A DNA stretch of 64,000 bases from Anolis carolinensis (Eukaryota), in the NCBI RefSeq assembly GCF_035594765.1, contig NC_085846.1, forward strand, positions 13,751,190 to 13,815,189. Reading direction: 5' to 3'. Every line of letters begins with the position of its first letter. Within the stretch, counting starts at the first letter, position 1. Below the pieces are notes generated by a model that was not told where the DNA came from, searched no databases, and saw only the letters and a list, made by a program, of their open reading frames with translations. This document shows, one piece after another, positions 57,581-64,000 of the stretch. The position numbers and the translations under genes are program-made.

Positions 57581-58776
57581 CGGCAAGGCTGTCATTTGAG
57601 GGCGGTCGCTATTTGGGGCATCCGTTATTTGGGGGGCCTACAGCTTGGAGTGATCACAATTTTGTGGCCTCTACAACTTGAGGCTTTCATTCCTCAATCA
57701 GGGCGATTACAATTGGATGCCTTCATGGTTTCAGGGAATCGCAACGAGGTGCCCAAATTTGGGGCATTATTCATTCACCATTTGACGTGCCAACAATTGG
57801 AGTGATTACAATTTGAGGTGCTCTCAATTTAGGGTTACGTGTAGGGTGTGTGCATGTTATTGTATAGCATTGAGGCGCTCTCTCTCAATTTAGGGTTACT
57901 TCTAGGGTGTGTGTGTATTATTGTAAAGCATTGAGGCTGTATTATATATATTTTTTTGTGGGAAGGGTAGTTAATTTCATACCTATACAACAGGTTTTGG
58001 GGATATTCCGATTCAGCTTTGTGGAGGAAACCAGATTGAATTGTGGTGATGTAGATTTTTCCAGACTGAGAGTTTAGCAGATTTGTGTGATTTATTATTT
58101 TATTTTAGATTAAATCTTGAGTTTGGAATTTCCTGTGGGGGTGATTATAGCATCCAGATATCCTGCCCATTTTGTACAGCAACTCCATTTGGGGAGGAAA
58201 TAGTTATTTGTAACTATTATTAGTTATTATTATAATAGTTATTTGTAACTAAACCAACCTTTTAAACTACAGTAGCATCCTACAGTTTTGTAAGGTACTG
58301 CTAACTCTGTCGAGATATTGCAGGAATCTGGAGGTGCAATCATATATTACTTGGGGGGAGACCTTCTGTGGACTGTTTTACTCCCAAAATGCCCTTAAAG
58401 AGCATTGAGAAATGCTCTTTAATTTTGTAGGAACTGCCTGACACCAGAGAACCTAAAGGTCGCATGTGTGTTGCCTTGTGCACAGGGCCCTTATTTACCT
58501 GTATTGTTTATTAATTTTAGTAAAATCTCTTTGAACTTCTAGTAGAGTGCATTATTTTGGAAAGTAAGCTATAATTCCTGAAAACTATCGCCGTTGGGGG
58601 GGAATGTTATATATGGCACTCCATTTATGCGAAGGATTTCAGCGCAGAAGCTTTAATTTGCATTCCTAAGATACTTTTTTAATGGAAAAAGTGTATATAT
58701 ACTGCTGTTATTAGTAGGAGGGGAAGAATATTAGATTTGGATGATTTGAGGTGGAGCTACGTTTTTTTCACTGTGA

Positions 58777-62546
<3,770 letters not shown>

Positions 62547-63745
62547 GTGTGTGGCGTATCCCTTGAACTTTGCCTTTCCCTATAAGGGGTTACGACTCCT
62601 GAACTCTGACATGTGACCACCTGGCCACCTTGAACATTGTACCTCCTGACATGAGCCTTGAAACTTTAAGCTCCCCCCACCATGGGTGTTATTGATCACC
62701 CAGTTCATTGATAGTTCAACTCCTTGGACATGGACCTCTGCTTCCACCTTGAACCCCATTGACTTACGAACTTTGCTCCTTCACTGGCTGTTCTTAAATA
62801 TCAACTTTGACCCCCTTTGGGCTTGCTCCATCTTTGCTCCCCAAGAACGCAGTGATTCTTTTGGCCTTGTGGTTTCCGATTCTGATGATGTGCTACTCCG
62901 CCTCCCATGACCTGTGACCCCAGGGGCTCTTGACCTTTGATGGCTGACCCCTTTAGCTGTGTGTATTTTTCATCGGACCCTGCTGTCATTGACTTGGACC
63001 TGAGTGACCAGAGTCTTGCTGCCCCAATAGGAACCCCATTCCGCTTGTTGTCTGTTCCAAACCGCCTTGTTAATTAAAGTTTCCTGCAGAGTATTCCTCA
63101 TTGATAAGTTCCTCCTTCAGGGGAGGGGCCCCGAGAGCGTGGATGGGCGGGTGGGGGGAAAGTGGCAGTGTTGCTAGGGCAACCAGCATCACAACCTAGG
63201 CCTTGCAGGTTGTCATGGTGATCTGGCTCATAGCCTATTCCTGTAGGAAGGAGGAGAATGTAGCAAATGCCACACTTGTTGGCTGGGGAGCCTTGGTTTC
63301 CATCTGTTGCTGTCTTGCCAAGCCTACCATTTTGTTTTAGGATGAAGACGGACTCCCCATGCATACCAACAGCTCCTGCTTTAATAGGTACAGCGTCATT
63401 CTCCCTTCTAATCTGATATATATATATACACATTTATGAGAGCCTGTAATACAGTTTATATCTCTTTTTGATTTTAAAAAACTGGCTCTTCTGTTCTGGG
63501 ATCTTCACTGACAGCATCATGGTATAGTCAGAGTTCCTGATAGCAAGGCCAGATTTGCATAGCATTTTTAAAAAAGCACAGATAATACATATACACATTG
63601 AAATAAACATCTCTGACAAATGCATTTTAAGACAGAGGCCTCATCAGTACCGAGTGTTCAGTGCCTATCAAACTGCATTACATGCTCAGTATAGATTCTT
63701 ACAATGCAGTTTAACTACAGTGAACTTGATTATATGAGTCTACCC

Positions 63746-64000
63746 CAGTGGTTCCCAACCTTTTTTTGACCTGGGACCACTGGACCAGTAACCACTCTCC
63801 AACATTAATACCAAAAGGGTTACGAACCAGTTTTTGGTCAACTAGATTTGATTTGGTTATCTGGGGTGCTGATTCAGAAACCTGCATTGGCTAAACTACA
63901 TCAGCTCTAGTTTCTGATACAGAACATATTCCATCCACCAGTTTCCGTCTGCTTGCCCAGAGAAAACCATATTAATAATCTAGAGCTGATTTGGTCTATC
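63746..64000. mobile_element. hAT-type DNA transposon end (truncated by window)
   Basis: Terminus CAGTGGTTCCCAACCTTTTTTTGACC; internal sequence shared with about 60020-60200. Confidence 0.6.

Noticed and set aside
57815-57940. About 60-bp tandem duplication containing TTTAGGG
   Set aside because: Only isolated telomere-like words; an ordinary local duplication

Overview
Vertebrate genomic DNA with spliced genes. The repeats (Sauria SINE, Penelope, Vingi, CR1, L1, L2, hAT/Tc1 MITEs, Helitrons) point to a squamate, probably Anolis. The window corresponds to part of the human 16p11.2 block. I assembled five genes by hand from splice sites and reading phase. (1) MVP (+, 16 coding exons, 843 aa, 711-25406). 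(2) A FIMP1/C16orf92 sperm-fusion-protein homologue (+, about 25722-28624), possibly disrupted at its 5' end. (3) TLCD3B/FAM57B ceramide synthase (-, 36362-30087, 280 aa), with signs of two further alternative N-terminal exon sets. (4) A 137-aa single-TM protein with 23 Cys, resembling human LOC112694756 (+, 47452-51789). (5) An intact 246-aa SH2-SH3-SH3 Crk-family adaptor (+, 58996-62546) that looks like neither CRK nor CRKL. The last is the most interesting feature: probably a third Crk ohnologue absent from the mammalian locus, with a rewired phospho-regulatory linker. Homology statements come from my recall of the families, not from database searches.
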